Shown here piece after piece: positions 35,901 to 47,728 of a stretch of 64,000 bases of DNA. Numbering within the stretch: the stretch's first letter is position 1; every line of letters starts with the position of its first letter. Under the pieces are notes generated by a model, which was given only the letters and a program-made list of their open reading frames with translations, was not told where the DNA came from and ran no database searches. The translations under genes and the position numbers were made by a program. The DNA comes from Lenisia limosa (Eukaryota > Protista > Breviatea). The DNA lies in NCBI GenBank assembly GCA_001655205.1, contig LPNZ01010514.1:25100-89099 (forward strand). Reading direction: 5' to 3'.

Positions 35901-38900
35901 TCATCAAATCTGCTACCAACCAGTCAGGATTCTCAAGAGCTTCCTGCTCTTCTTTTTCCCTCAGAATACGAGCCTCTTCCTGGCAGTTGTCAGAAAATTC
36001 AAAAACTTCTATTTGCATTGATACCCATATATAGTGCCCCCCACAGGGTCGATATACTTGAAGAAGTGGTTGTTGCCGAAGACGATACGCGACTGGTGGA
36101 CCAAATCCTGCTCCGTCAAAATGCGTTCTCCGTTCAGCCACACCGGGGCGTCCTCTGAGGGTGATAAGCACTTCGTCGCAAGATCAGCGTAGTCAAATTT
36201 GTAGAAATGAAGTCTCAAGACAAAGATATCAATGTCTCCCCGATCCCCCCCACCACAAGGCACAATTTTGGCCGGGCCGGACCCGGTCCATGTGATACTA
36301 GCGTGGTCTTTTCGGATATTGAGTCCGCTTAACACAATATCGTTCGGCTCTTCTGCGTCATTTCTGCCAACTCGTGTAGTGCCTTCCTAATGTGGTAAGT
36401 CAGCATTGTTGGTCTCAGCCGAACCTTGATGGCGAAGAATATCATTCCACTGAGCATGGCATCTTCGTTGAGATTGGCGAGATGCGGTTTTGTCTTGTCA
36501 AGAGACGCTCCTGCTCCTCCCATCTTGTTGAGCGATGTTGACTGCTCCTCAGCTATCGTGTCAGACACAGATTACAGGACTGTTTCATTGTGTTCAACCT
36601 TACCTTTCATTTTTGATTCTGCCAATTTCTCTTCAAACGATTTTTGGAGTTCAGCCATTTCCTTTGGGGTCAGGTCAAAATCCAAGCAATTGCAATTGCG
36701 ATAAAGCTGGCCACGTTTCTACCTTTTGTCTCTGCTCGAGCTCTTGGTTCATTTCCTCGATTTCTGCAAGGTCAAACACTCAAAGATGTATAGCGTCATG
36801 TCAATATGCTGACCACCACCCACTGGCTTGAGCCTCATTTGAGATACCGGCAGCAGGGGCGGACCCATCTCCTGCAGCTCCGTCGGGAATAGGGCCTCCT
36901 AAGAGGGCAGCACGAAGCTTCTCAACTTCTTCACGCAGTTCTCTGATGAGCTTATCATTGGGCGACTCATTGACAACAGCCTTGTTCTTAATCTGCTTTG
37001 CTCTATCAGCATATCTGCGGGGGGGGGGGTTAAGAAAGATATTGATCCAATATAATATGACATTATTCTCTGATCAAATAAACCACTGAGCTGAACTGAC
37101 CTGAGAGTAGAGAGTGTTTCTTCATAGTTGATATCGGCAGGGGAAAGAGCGGCAATCATAATGGTCTTGGCGTTACCTCCCAAAGACTCTTGGAGCAGTC
37201 TAGAATGTTACCATATTGAGACAAGAAAGGTGAGGCAAACCTGGTCAAAGTAGAATCACGGTATGGGATAACTGCTCCTTTTTTGTTTTCCACAAGTGCT
37301 AAAAGGGGTTAGCAAATTGCATGTTTTCTTGTGAATTATCACTCAAAGCCCTTCGCACAGTTAATAACGTTTCCAAGAGCAGAGAGGGACTTGTTGATCG
37401 CAGCACCTTCCTGAACAGAAATAAGCGTACGAATTAGCACAAACATGACATAATTTGGGTAGTCAACACACATTAGCAATTCCATTCACAAACCTTGAGA
37501 CGGTCACCCGTGGCTCCCGTGGATCCGGCTCTCTCTGAGCCGGCCAGATCGATCAGGTTGATCTTCGATACTGTGTCACTGGCAGTTCCGGCAGCCAGGT
37601 CTTTCTGGATGTAAGATGTACAAAAAGCGAAAAGAAGATACAAAGTGGACTGTGTAATCAACGAGCCACTTACCTTGGTTTGTTTGAAGTAGATTGAGAA
37701 TACGGAATGGCCGCGCGATGACGTGGCGTTCATGTTCGTTGCCGCAATCTAAAATGTCAGCGATATGTTTTTTCTATAGCCCTAGATTTTAATTTCATGT
37801 ATATTTCTGGCTCTCAAAAAAGCACAGTGTTAATAGTGAAATGTAAGGCTCACAGTTCTGTTTGCAGTTCCCATTTCCATGTAGTTGTCGACTTCCTCAT
37901 AGGATTGACAGGCAAATCTGAAGGTAAGTGGTTGGGTACATGGGACTGCTCATTAATTACTCTCATATACTCTAAAATATATAGTTATGACGGCCAATCT
38001 ATAGATACGACGGGACAATCTATAGTTATGACGGGTCAAGTCAATTTATCAGTCACTACTCCTGAGACGGTCCAAAAGAAATTCAGAACCACAAACTTGG
38101 TTAAACTGTCCACATAGATTCCCTGGGCTTTAGAAGATCTAAACTGTCACAAGAACACGGGGTGTCAGAACAAAAAAAATACAAAATAATACAGTCCTAA
38201 CCTGATTTTGAGGGTTTTCTCCTTCTGTTTAGGGTTGAAGAGATCTCGAATATTCTCATTATAAATCTCAAGGAAGGAAATTTCAACCTTAGGTGTTAGA
38301 AAAGCTGAGAAGGAATCAAATGTATCTCTACACTCATAACAAAATATTTTTCACTGATTACTTGGGCGTTTTGTAGTCCGTTACATCACAAAAGACTGAA
38401 TTTCTTGACAATCCTTAACAATATTGAGACCACCGACCTGAAACGTGGTGTTCTCGTCATCGTTAGCAGAAATGCGTTTGAAGAGTTCCGCGCATCCCAA
38501 CGGGATCACTCCTTTGTCTTCTCCATAGCCAACCTAGAGAGTCAACTGAGTCCTATCCTCTAAGAATAATTAATTTGAACTGTCCACTCGTCACCATTGA
38601 ATACGACTTCCCGGCACCGGTTTGTCCGTAGGCAAAAAGAGAACAGTTGTAACCTGCACAATGAAAAATTGAATAATCAACTCTTTTCATGCCTCTTGCA
38701 GCACCAACCTTTCCAAGCATTCTCCAAATAGAAGACTCCCAAATCATCAAACACTGCCTAGGGAGTCGTAAGAAAACTTGGATTAACGACTGAATAAGAT
38801 TGAAAGACAAGGTCTCATGTTAGAAAGGAAGGCATCAATTACAGATATTAAAAAATGACTGACTTACTTGTTGCCCGTCGTATTCACGAGTTTCCTTGTC

Positions 38901-39240
38901 ATGTGACCAGTAAGAGTAATCGAAAGCATAGTTCTTCTCCACATCTAAAGCATGACAGGATTTTCGATTTATGCTACATTCAACAAACGAAAATCAAAAC
39001 CGCAACCATCATCCATATCTAACATTATTACAACATAGATAGTCCATTCATATGATAATTAGATCCGTAAGCAACGCAGTTGCAAAAAGGTCAGTTGATG
39101 GCAAGAGCCCGCCTACCATCCTTCGGGTTTCGGATGCTAGTGCTGTTTCCCTTCATGCTGATGACGCATTTTGCATTTCTGTCCTTTTCACGCTGGTTGA
39201 ACGGCCTAACACGGACAGCAACCTTGACGTTGTCTCCCAT
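32948..39240 (-). CDS. Kinesin-3 (KIF28/KLP-6-like): motor, FHA, stalk, C2-like domain, E/K-rich linker, polybasic CaaX tail
   Basis: [79 protein letters not shown]: [34 protein letters not shown]2-like [24 protein letters not shown]. Last exon [25 protein letters not shown]. Confidence 0.93.
34378..34485. mobile_element. Palindromic ~105-bp element (MITE-like), copy B, in kinesin intron
   Basis: Arms GGGCTTCTCTGCGGTTCCGAAAAAGAC and GTCTTTTTGGAACTGTAAGGAAGTCCC are imperfect inverted repeats around core TGAATTTCTCGATAAATCCTCGATA. Confidence 0.6.
37981..38040. repeat. ~21-nt tandem repeat x3 in kinesin intron
   Basis: TATAGTTATGACGGCCAATC / TATAGATACGACGGGACAATC / TATAGTTATGACGGGTCAAG. Confidence 0.8.
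38388..38425. mobile_element. Partial, degenerate copy of the palindromic element (core only), in kinesin intron
   Basis: ACAAAAGACTGAATTTCTTGACAATCCTTAACAATATT resembles the left-arm end and core of the other copies. Confidence 0.4.
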
Positions 39241-39445
39241 AGCGCCTCAAATGGTCGCCCTTCTCGCTTTGACTTCCTTTGCCCGGTTCTTCCCTTCTTA
39301 TCTTTGTCAATTGTACTGTGTGGTCCACGTGTGGTCTTAATAGAGCCTGTAGAGAGTTTCTTTTCACAATCCTGTCATGACTTATAAACGTATAACTGGA
39401 GAGGACACATAACTGTACAAATTTGAAAAATGAAATGAAGTAACA

Positions 39446-41516
39446 ATGCCATCTGACGTATATCTTAATGTTTATGATCTTCATGAGACCAATTCCAAAC
39501 TCTATTGGCTTGGATTCGGAGTGTTTCATTCTGGGATAGAGGTGTACTCCAAAGGTAGGAAGGCAGATGGCTTTCTTATGTTACTTTGCTTTTGTTCCTA
39601 GGTTTATTTGAAGTCTCTCTTTTCAATTGTGACAATATGCAGCGCTTTCTCTTCTTTGGATATGACTACGGTATCTGTACCGTATTGATGTACTGATATT
39701 GATTTATTTTTTTCAAAGTATTAAACAGTATTTGGGGAAAGGCATTTGCTAAGACAGACAAGACTCATGTATTCAGAATACGCGTTTGGAGGGCATGCCT
39801 TAGAAAACGTCTCGGGGGTGTTTGATATGCCGCCACAGAGTCTCAGCGGGCTCAGGTGAGATGGCTTCAGGAACTATCATGCTTTTATTCTTCATTTTTG
39901 TTGTTTGTGTTTGTGTCCTCCCTCCAAATGGTTCTCTTTTGGTTCCTCCGTTTTTTGGTTTGTGACACATTAAGGCAGTCCATATTCCTAGGTCGGACGA
40001 CACTTTCAAAGAAAGAAGTCTACAACACAATTCTAAAATTAGCTGGGGTGGGGTGGAAAAAGAGGGAGCTTCGCCCTTGTTTGTTTGAAGATGGGGAAGG
40101 GTGACACAATTCAAAGTAACACACCATCAAACTATCGATGGTTACAGAGTAATATGTCGAAATGAGCAACTTCGATGATTACAGAGTAAAATGTCGAAAT
40201 GAGCAACAAATACACGTTGTACTCGTAGAAACTATTACTTTTATTGATTTTGGGTTGTCTAGGATGCTTTCTCCGGTGAATTTAACTTGAATAAAACACT
40301 ATTCAGTCTACTCATTTTTAACTGCATTGTATACCTCTTTACACCCTTACCAAACAGCAATTCATTGGTCCTCTTTTGCACCCTTACCAAACAGCAATTC
40401 ATTGGTCCGTCTTACCACCTTCTCACAAATAACTGCAACCATTTCTCAGTGGCTCTCGCGAAAGAGCTCAAAGTAAGCCCTTTTGTCTACCCTCTCCTCG
40501 CTACACTTGCTTTATTTACCCCGTAGGTGAAAGCACCGCCTGGGTGGGTGAATCGCCTTGCATCTTGGACTTCTGCGGTGGGTTATTCATTAATAGTCAT
40601 AGTATATCATATGTGCATCATATCCATTTGTTTGCTACATATCATATTCATTTACTATTCTCATTTTTCTATTTCCGGACTCTTCAAAGGCTGGCTCGGG
40701 GTTGTTTTTGTTTTTGTGTTTTTATCATCTGGTTTTTGTCTAGTTTTATCGTTGGTTGCTGTTTTTTTTTGTTTGGTGTTTCAGATTATTCGCTTCGTGA
40801 TTAGTACCTTCATTCCAATATTCTTCATTGAAATTTCCCCATAGTTCCCGTGCATGGTACCAGGATGGATGGACATGTCGCCCGTGCCGACAGCTTCCGA
40901 CGACCTTTTGGCTACGGCCGCGGCCTCTGCAGGGGTTGAAATGACTCCTGCCTCCCCGGGGTCCCCAAGCGTTCGGGTCCTCATGAAAGTTGGACTTGGG
41001 GATTATATGATATCTTTGTTTTATGTAATATATCAGTAATACAATGTGTATCATAATTTCCGGCGGGGATAATCCAGATATGGCAATGTTCAGAAACCTT
41101 TGATGGTCTTAGCACTACTATCATTCTCTTGTGCTTTGTCTCATGTATTATGTAAAATATGTTTTTCTCAGTGAAGTTTATGACCTTTTACAACATGTCT
41201 TATTGCATTGTATTATTTCAGCTCAGTGAAAGTGGCCTCTAACTGAATTCACTCTTGTAGAGGGACACAGATGTATGGAGCGATGAGGAGGAGCCAAAAG
41301 ACGAACAGAGTGCTGAGGCCCCACTATTGGGTGAGGGAACAGAGACTTGATTCTATTGGGTGAGGGAACAGAGACTTGATACTATTGGGTATGAGCATTT
41401 TAAAATGTCCCCAAATTGGAAGAGTCGCATTGAGTATTACATGGATGTTTTGTATTAGACTTTGTGTTCACTTTGCAGCTGCACCTAAGCAGTCGCGAAA
41501 ATCACGTGCGGTTTGA
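39446..41516 (+). CDS. DESI2: PPPDE/DeSI-family deSUMOylating/deubiquitinating isopeptidase
   Basis: VYLNVYDL, LGFGVFHSGIEVY (catalytic His), YAFGGH, YHLLTNNCNHF (catalytic Cys), PPGWVNRLA. Exons after about 40580 and the stop at 41516 are tentative. Confidence 0.85.
40135..40207. repeat. 37-nt tandem duplication in DESI intron
   Basis: TCGATGGTTACAGAGTAATATGTCGAAATGAGCAAC followed by TCGATGATTACAGAGTAAAATGTCGAAATGAGCAAC. Confidence 0.85.
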
Positions 41517-41738
41517 GGCCCAAAGTTTGAAGGAGCCCTTTCTGAAGGCGAGTGGCCATTTTGCTTTTTTCGTTTGTAACTCTGGATGATTTGATTTGAT
41601 TTTGATGTGATGTGATATTATATATGATATAGTTTTTTTTTGAACACCAAAATGAAAAAAAACAGGCATGTAACATCTCTGAGAACACCAATAAGAATAT
41701 ATCGCGACGAATCAATAATACAGAGCTGAGGGAATGGG

Positions 41739-44700
41739 TTACGCAGTGACTGGGGAACCCAGGGGGGATGAAATAGACTCAATTGCTTCGTTGGCATGCT
41801 GCGCATCTTCATCCGACAATCCTGTAGAGTCAGTATTTCTGTGTATTTCAAAAATTTACACTTATCGCCCGCCCTGTCCACCTGAAACTAGCCGTGAGAC
41901 TGCAGCCGAGACTGTGACACCCTTTTTGCCAACCTAAATATGTCAGCGCCAACACCTATGCAAGTGGACATACTTGGAAGCTGACTACCCTGCTTTTGAC
42001 AGGCACGTGTGGGTTAATAAGATGATGGTAGTTCTGCACTAAGTCGTTCAAACCGTCGTAGAGAGTAATAGCTGAAGCGTCAGTTTGGAATGTTCGAGCA
42101 AATCACAGGATACAGGCATACTTGGAGTGAATCCAACGATTTGTTTGAGAGCGAATATGTTAGCATGTGGGGGCCCGCGGGGGACGGCTGAAGATGGTCC
42201 GCCTGGAATTTCGCGTCCTGTCAGGTCTGTCACAATGGAACGGGCTTTCTCTTCCTGCATTGTGAGACTTATTGCACCAACAATTAATTCCAATGAGTGG
42301 TAGCAAGTTATCTTTGTGTAATTGTGACGAAATTACACGTGAACATATTTCAACCCAACGACACTAACCCTACCTGAATTCCAATGCCTTTGCCAATTTC
42401 GACGATAAGATCAACATTGAGCTGACTGGACTTGCAATGCGCAAGGAGACATAGTGCGTGAGCTGCGTCCTAGATGGTAACATAGAGGACCACATTAAGT
42501 TTGCTTATTAATCTGCCTCTCACTTCAACGTGGATGTAGTCATGAGAAAGGCCAAAAGTGTCATGAGCCACCGGAGTCGAAGTCAGTGCCTGCACGGTCA
42601 TATCAATCAAGTGACATTGTGTTGAATTATGTAATCTGAAGCACTGGTAAATATTCCATTACTGAGAGCAGTTGCTTACAATTCGATTTCCACCCACATA
42701 GATAACAATTGAGAAGTATAAGACTTACGCATTTTACTAGAGTACTGAGGGAATTTGAAGCGTCAGCCGTGCACTCTCGACTGAATACTGAAAAGAGGCG
42801 AACAATTGATACGTCTGCTCCCCATTCGCGTTCAGCAACAACACAGGATTCTTCAATCATGTTCTGGAGGGTCAGGGTTTTGATGACAACTCACCTCAAC
42901 AGTTTTCAGCGGCAACCATGAAGGGCCTTGTGCATACTAATTCATTAGTATTGTGGTATGAACAGAGAAAACTTGCCATACTCTTGAAGCCACGATAACT
43001 CTCTTATGAAGATCTGCTGCGGCTTTGAGAACGTTTACGGTGGCCTTGAAGGTTACGTCATATCAGATGTTAGAGGTTAATGTGGTACCCTCCAAACACT
43101 GAGCAATGGTAATGTGATACCCCCCAACCACTGAGCCATTTTGAATGGCTTGCCATGGGTCAAAAGACACGCTCTCGTTTGCCAGTGCTGTGTAATTAGG
43201 TGATAATCTTGAAATGTGTCATAGTCATAGCATGTATAATCATACTACACTGTATATACTACTGTAATGTAATAATAGGGAGATCGTATTATATGTACAG
43301 TATAAAATTGGCTGTAGTGTTATGTGTAAACATTTACGGCTCCAAAAAGGTGTTATAATCCCCCACGAGGTAAAGATGACAAATGAATGACAACATCGAC
43401 GCATTTGAAAAGGTCGTGCAACTGTGCGTTGTTGAGAGGGGTTCCGTATATTTCCTAAAATGTAAAACTTCTACCACCAAAGCAGGTCCAGAAGTCAACC
43501 GCCTACTTGGATGCTGCCCATGGGATACATTTTACTTTCTGAGCTTCTTTTGGGTTTCGGGAAGGAAGGAACACCTTTTTCTGGCAATGTCATGCTGTTT
43601 TGGACAAGGCAGGAATGTAAGTCAGAAATGAGTTTATTCAATCCCTAGCAAACCAAGGTAGTAAGACTGTGAAGCCAAAAGAGGTGAATGTACTGTTCTT
43701 TTTCTGAACAAATGAAATGAAATATCCAAAGCAGCTGGCATCTATTAAGCATTTCCCCAATGATGGAATCCTAATAGCTGTGGCTTCGACCTACTTGGTA
43801 TGAGTTCTTGCACTATGAAGTTTCAAAGACTTCTCAATTGTCTCCTCATAGCTAAAGAAAAATAAACAGTAGACCATTGCCTGGTTAACTGACAAAACTG
43901 AACAAAACGAAAAATCTGTATAATTGGGAGCCTGGTATCTTGAAACCCACTTTGGTCGCGGTGGCATGGATGACGAGTCGAATGCGACAACATGTGCACC
44001 ATGAGCCTCAAGACTGCGCGCCACTGATGCGCCAAGAATCGTTGAAGTGCCTGTTACCAAAACAGAAATACCTGTAGATAACATTATCAACTTGAATTGG
44101 TACATTGACACAATTACAAAAGGATTCATACCTTTAAAAAATATATCATATGATATATAATTGTAGTAAGTACGAACCGTGTTTAACTCTCTTGGCTCGA
44201 ATTCCCATTTTGTGTGCAGTAAGATGAGCAGGGGGAGCGATGTCAGGCATGTCCACGAGAGGGAGGCAGGTTTCAGGGAACACAGCAGTCGGAGAAAAGG
44301 GCCGATCAGTGGGACCATCATTGTTGAGGGGGCTGGACTCGTGATTTCTTACCACAATAACCCATTCAGTTTATATCATGATATTTTAAGATAATAATGC
44401 GCATAAGCACCACCAACAGTTGAGGAAGAGACACGGAGAGATTCGGTTTGGGAGTGGACGGTGGAGACGCTAAATCAGAAGAAAACGACATTTCCGCCAT
44501 GCTTTGACCTACATAATAGATAAGACCACTACTGACGAAGAACACTCAGCGAATTGAACCATTACCCACTATAGAACGAGGGCGACAGCGGTTCACCCTT
44601 CGGAACTGCATAGGGGTCCACTCTCTCCGACTCTTCATCAGGGAGGCGACTGTCCGGTTCTAAAATGTCACTAAATGCCCAAAAATTACAAACTATTACA

Positions 44701-45120
44701 AAATATGAACTTGTAAGAATATATTCAAGAACGAACCAGTATCGTGGTATCAATCCGTTAAACGTAAAATTTCAAACAGGTTAAAAAAAAGCTACATTGC
44801 CCTTTACCATGTAATTCAGGCATGCTGAGTGAGAGGTTATGTGCAGAGTGAAGGGAGTGGCTGAGAGTTGAGAGGTAGTCATGGCTATTAGTAGCTTCGG
44901 GCAGGGACTGCGACAGAAAAGGCGTTCGTCTGATGAGGTCAGTCACAGGTTCTAAGACATTTTCAAAGGGTCCCATAATTAGAATACTATTTTTTCGGGT
45001 GTCCTGGACCGTTGCCATATGACAATGATGAAAAAGGACGCAAACCTACCCCTCGGGGTCAACACCAAGGTGCTCAGGGGCGCTGAGCGTGGAAGGAGGT
45101 GAAGGGAATAGCTCTTCCAT
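41739..45120 (-). CDS. Degenerate NAD-dependent epimerase/dehydratase (extended SDR, UXS/GAE-like) with N-terminal extension
   Basis: GISVLVTGTSTILGASVARSLEAHGAHVVAFD (Rossmann start), DLFKCVDVVIHLSS, TVNVLKAAADLHKRVIVAS, WLPLKTVENMIEE..EWGADVSIVRLFSVF. Start codon uncertain (45120 or further upstream). Confidence 0.62.
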
Positions 45121-46257
45121 GGAGTGCGAGTAATGCTCACTATCTGATTCAATTATTATTGTCTCCTGATCAAGGTGGAAACAAATCAATACAACAAAGC
45201 AGACTCTGTCTTTGGTAAAAGTGGGTGAAAAGGTGAGAAATCGTTCAAAGAAAAACACTGTCATCTGCCCAAAAGCAAACCAGGTGGAAGGAAAAGAGCC
45301 TGGTAGTGAGGATTGTGAGGCATACTTGTCAGGAGATCAGAAACGTCTCAAAAAGCAGCTAGGTAGGCGGAGAGGGCCAAAAGAATGAAAAGGCAAGAGG
45401 AGGGAAAGACTGGGTAGCTATAGATAAAATCACTAGTATAGTTCACTAAAGATAAGTAGATGAGGGTGGAATGAATATACGATGAAAACAAAGAAGAATA
45501 TGATGAAAAGGTGAAACTTACCAAATAAGGAAATAAATCACAAGTCAGATCTTTGATCGTCGTTTGGTTTGGCGGCAGTATCCGCGTTTTCCGCTTTTTC
45601 ATTTGTGCGCTCTTTCCCTTCTCCTTTCTCCCTCCCCTTCCTGTCCCTCTCACCCTCTCAACGTGCTCTCCTCCTCATTTCTTCTTGGTCCTCCGTCCCT
45701 CCCTCCAAGCTTCCAAGCCCCCCTCTCCCTTGTACCTCTTTGTACAAGACGAGCAAGAATCACAAAATAACCCTATTCTTCTGGTCAACGCTCTCTTTCC
45801 GCAATCTATCTTTCAGGTTTGAAGGCCCAGTGTATATTCTGAGTCCCAAACAAGCTTGGTCCCAACACCCCGTTGCTTCACCTAAGGGTGGAGAGGGGTA
45901 AAACTAAAGTAGCTAATTGTTATTTCTACAGATATTAAAAGTATAGCATTCTATTTCTATGTTTCTACTTCTATGTGATATTTATAAAAAAATTGATCTT
46001 GTAATGATACTTTGGGACAGGGAGAAGATGGCTAAGTCTAAATGAGTTTCAATGTGGATATGATTAAATTGTTCCAGTCTAATCTCATTTACCTCTTTAT
46101 TGACAACGTATTTATAATGACGATCTTTTCACTCAGTAGTCATGGGATTATTTTCACTTAGTAGTCATGGGATTATTTGCTCTTGCTCAACAACCGAACG
46201 AAAGCCCTTTCAATTCGCAAAAGGTCCGTTTCAGTCCTTCATAACAAAATACAGGAT

Positions 46258-47525
46258 CAGTTTTCGCAGTTTAGCAGCAGCATTCTTGAAGGCACCGTTC
46301 CGTTTTCGGAGGGAAATGTATCGTTACTTTTAACATACTGCAGCGAAGGAAAGGTCCCTATTGAAACATTGGTAGGCTGATTGTGTTCAATATAACAAGT
46401 TTTAGTGGGAGATCTATATAAAGAAAGCCGATGTTTCATTTGGTTTGAAAGTAGTGACACTGGCATCTCCTCCTTTCTTGGTGGGTACGGTTTTTTGGGT
46501 GCCTCAAGTGAAAGGGAATTCTACATTAATCATTCTTGAAACTTCAAGACTTTGACCTGTAGTGTAATAGAGTTCCAGTCATTCAGTCAGCAGCCCAACA
46601 CGGGCATAATGAGGTGGTTGTGGCGTTGTTTGACAAAGGCGCCGACGTGATGCAAAGGGATGTGGTGAGGGGGCATGATCAAGAGTATATGCATTTTCTT
46701 TTTTACTGTTTATTTTATTATTCATGATATGATATTGTTTTTTGTTGTTTGAAATGTAAATTGTTTACCGCCGTCACTTATTCTATAATTTGAACAGCAC
46801 ACCAATGAAACAGCCCTCCACAAAGCGGCCCAGAGTGGGCATCATGAGACTGTTCGCGTGTTGGCTTCAAGTGGCGCTGATGTCAACGCGCAAAACTACG
46901 TAAGGACAAGTCAGCTCAGTCCATCCTTAACCTCTTAGTTCAGAGTAACCCCCATCCAAATGGCAGTTCAACATGACCATGCAGAAGTAATCCAAGTTTT
47001 GGCCGAATATGGTGCCGATATTAATGCAAGGGACTTGGTGGGTATTTGGAATGCAAAGGCATTTTAAAACCCCCATGTATTTTATGTTGTGAAATACATA
47101 AAGCTATTATTGCTATGACATGTCAAAGACATCAATCATGGTCTTTGTATTCGATTTTGGTTGATGTTAATCTGGAGACTACTCCTTAGTCATTCTTTTT
47201 TTTCTCGTTTGATTCATATAAAATAGTACATATTATTCATGTTCAGCTTCCCTGTCATACGTTCAGTTTGGAACGGCTCTCTTCAATGCGGCAAAAAGGG
47301 GCTGCACACGCGCTGTTCTCGCGTTGACCAAACTAGGAGCAATCATGGATCCTCCTTTTACTGAGGTCCAAAATGTGGGTAAACAGGAAAAAAAGACCAG
47401 AAATAGGGGTGTTCTTCCGGTTGCTTTCCTACATCCTTTGTCAATGTCCTCTTCATTTTATCCAGGGTGGCTTGGTGCAGGACGTCAAAACAGTTGCCGC
47501 AATGTTCGACTCGGATCTACAGTAG
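46258..47525 (+). CDS. Small ankyrin-repeat protein (about 4 repeats, roughly one per exon)
   Basis: IQSAAQHGHNEVVVALFDKGADV, ETALHKAAQSGHHETVRVLASSGADVNAQN, TPIQMAVQHDHAEVIQVLAEYGADINARD, GTALFNAAKRG. Stop TAG 47523-47525. True start not resolved (could be near 46030). Confidence 0.85.
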
Positions 47526-47728
47526 CGTTTCAGTTGGTTCAGAAGAACTCTGCGATTGTGATGTTGAAACAAAGCTAAATAGATTGGGCTTTGTAAAAGG
47601 GTTCCAAATCTACATGAAGAAACAGAATAACAAGTACATTACAAAACACAATTTGGAAACTTCACAACTACATAACAACACCTGGCACCTAAATGAGTGA
47701 GCTAACTTGGACATAATGTGCCCTACCT

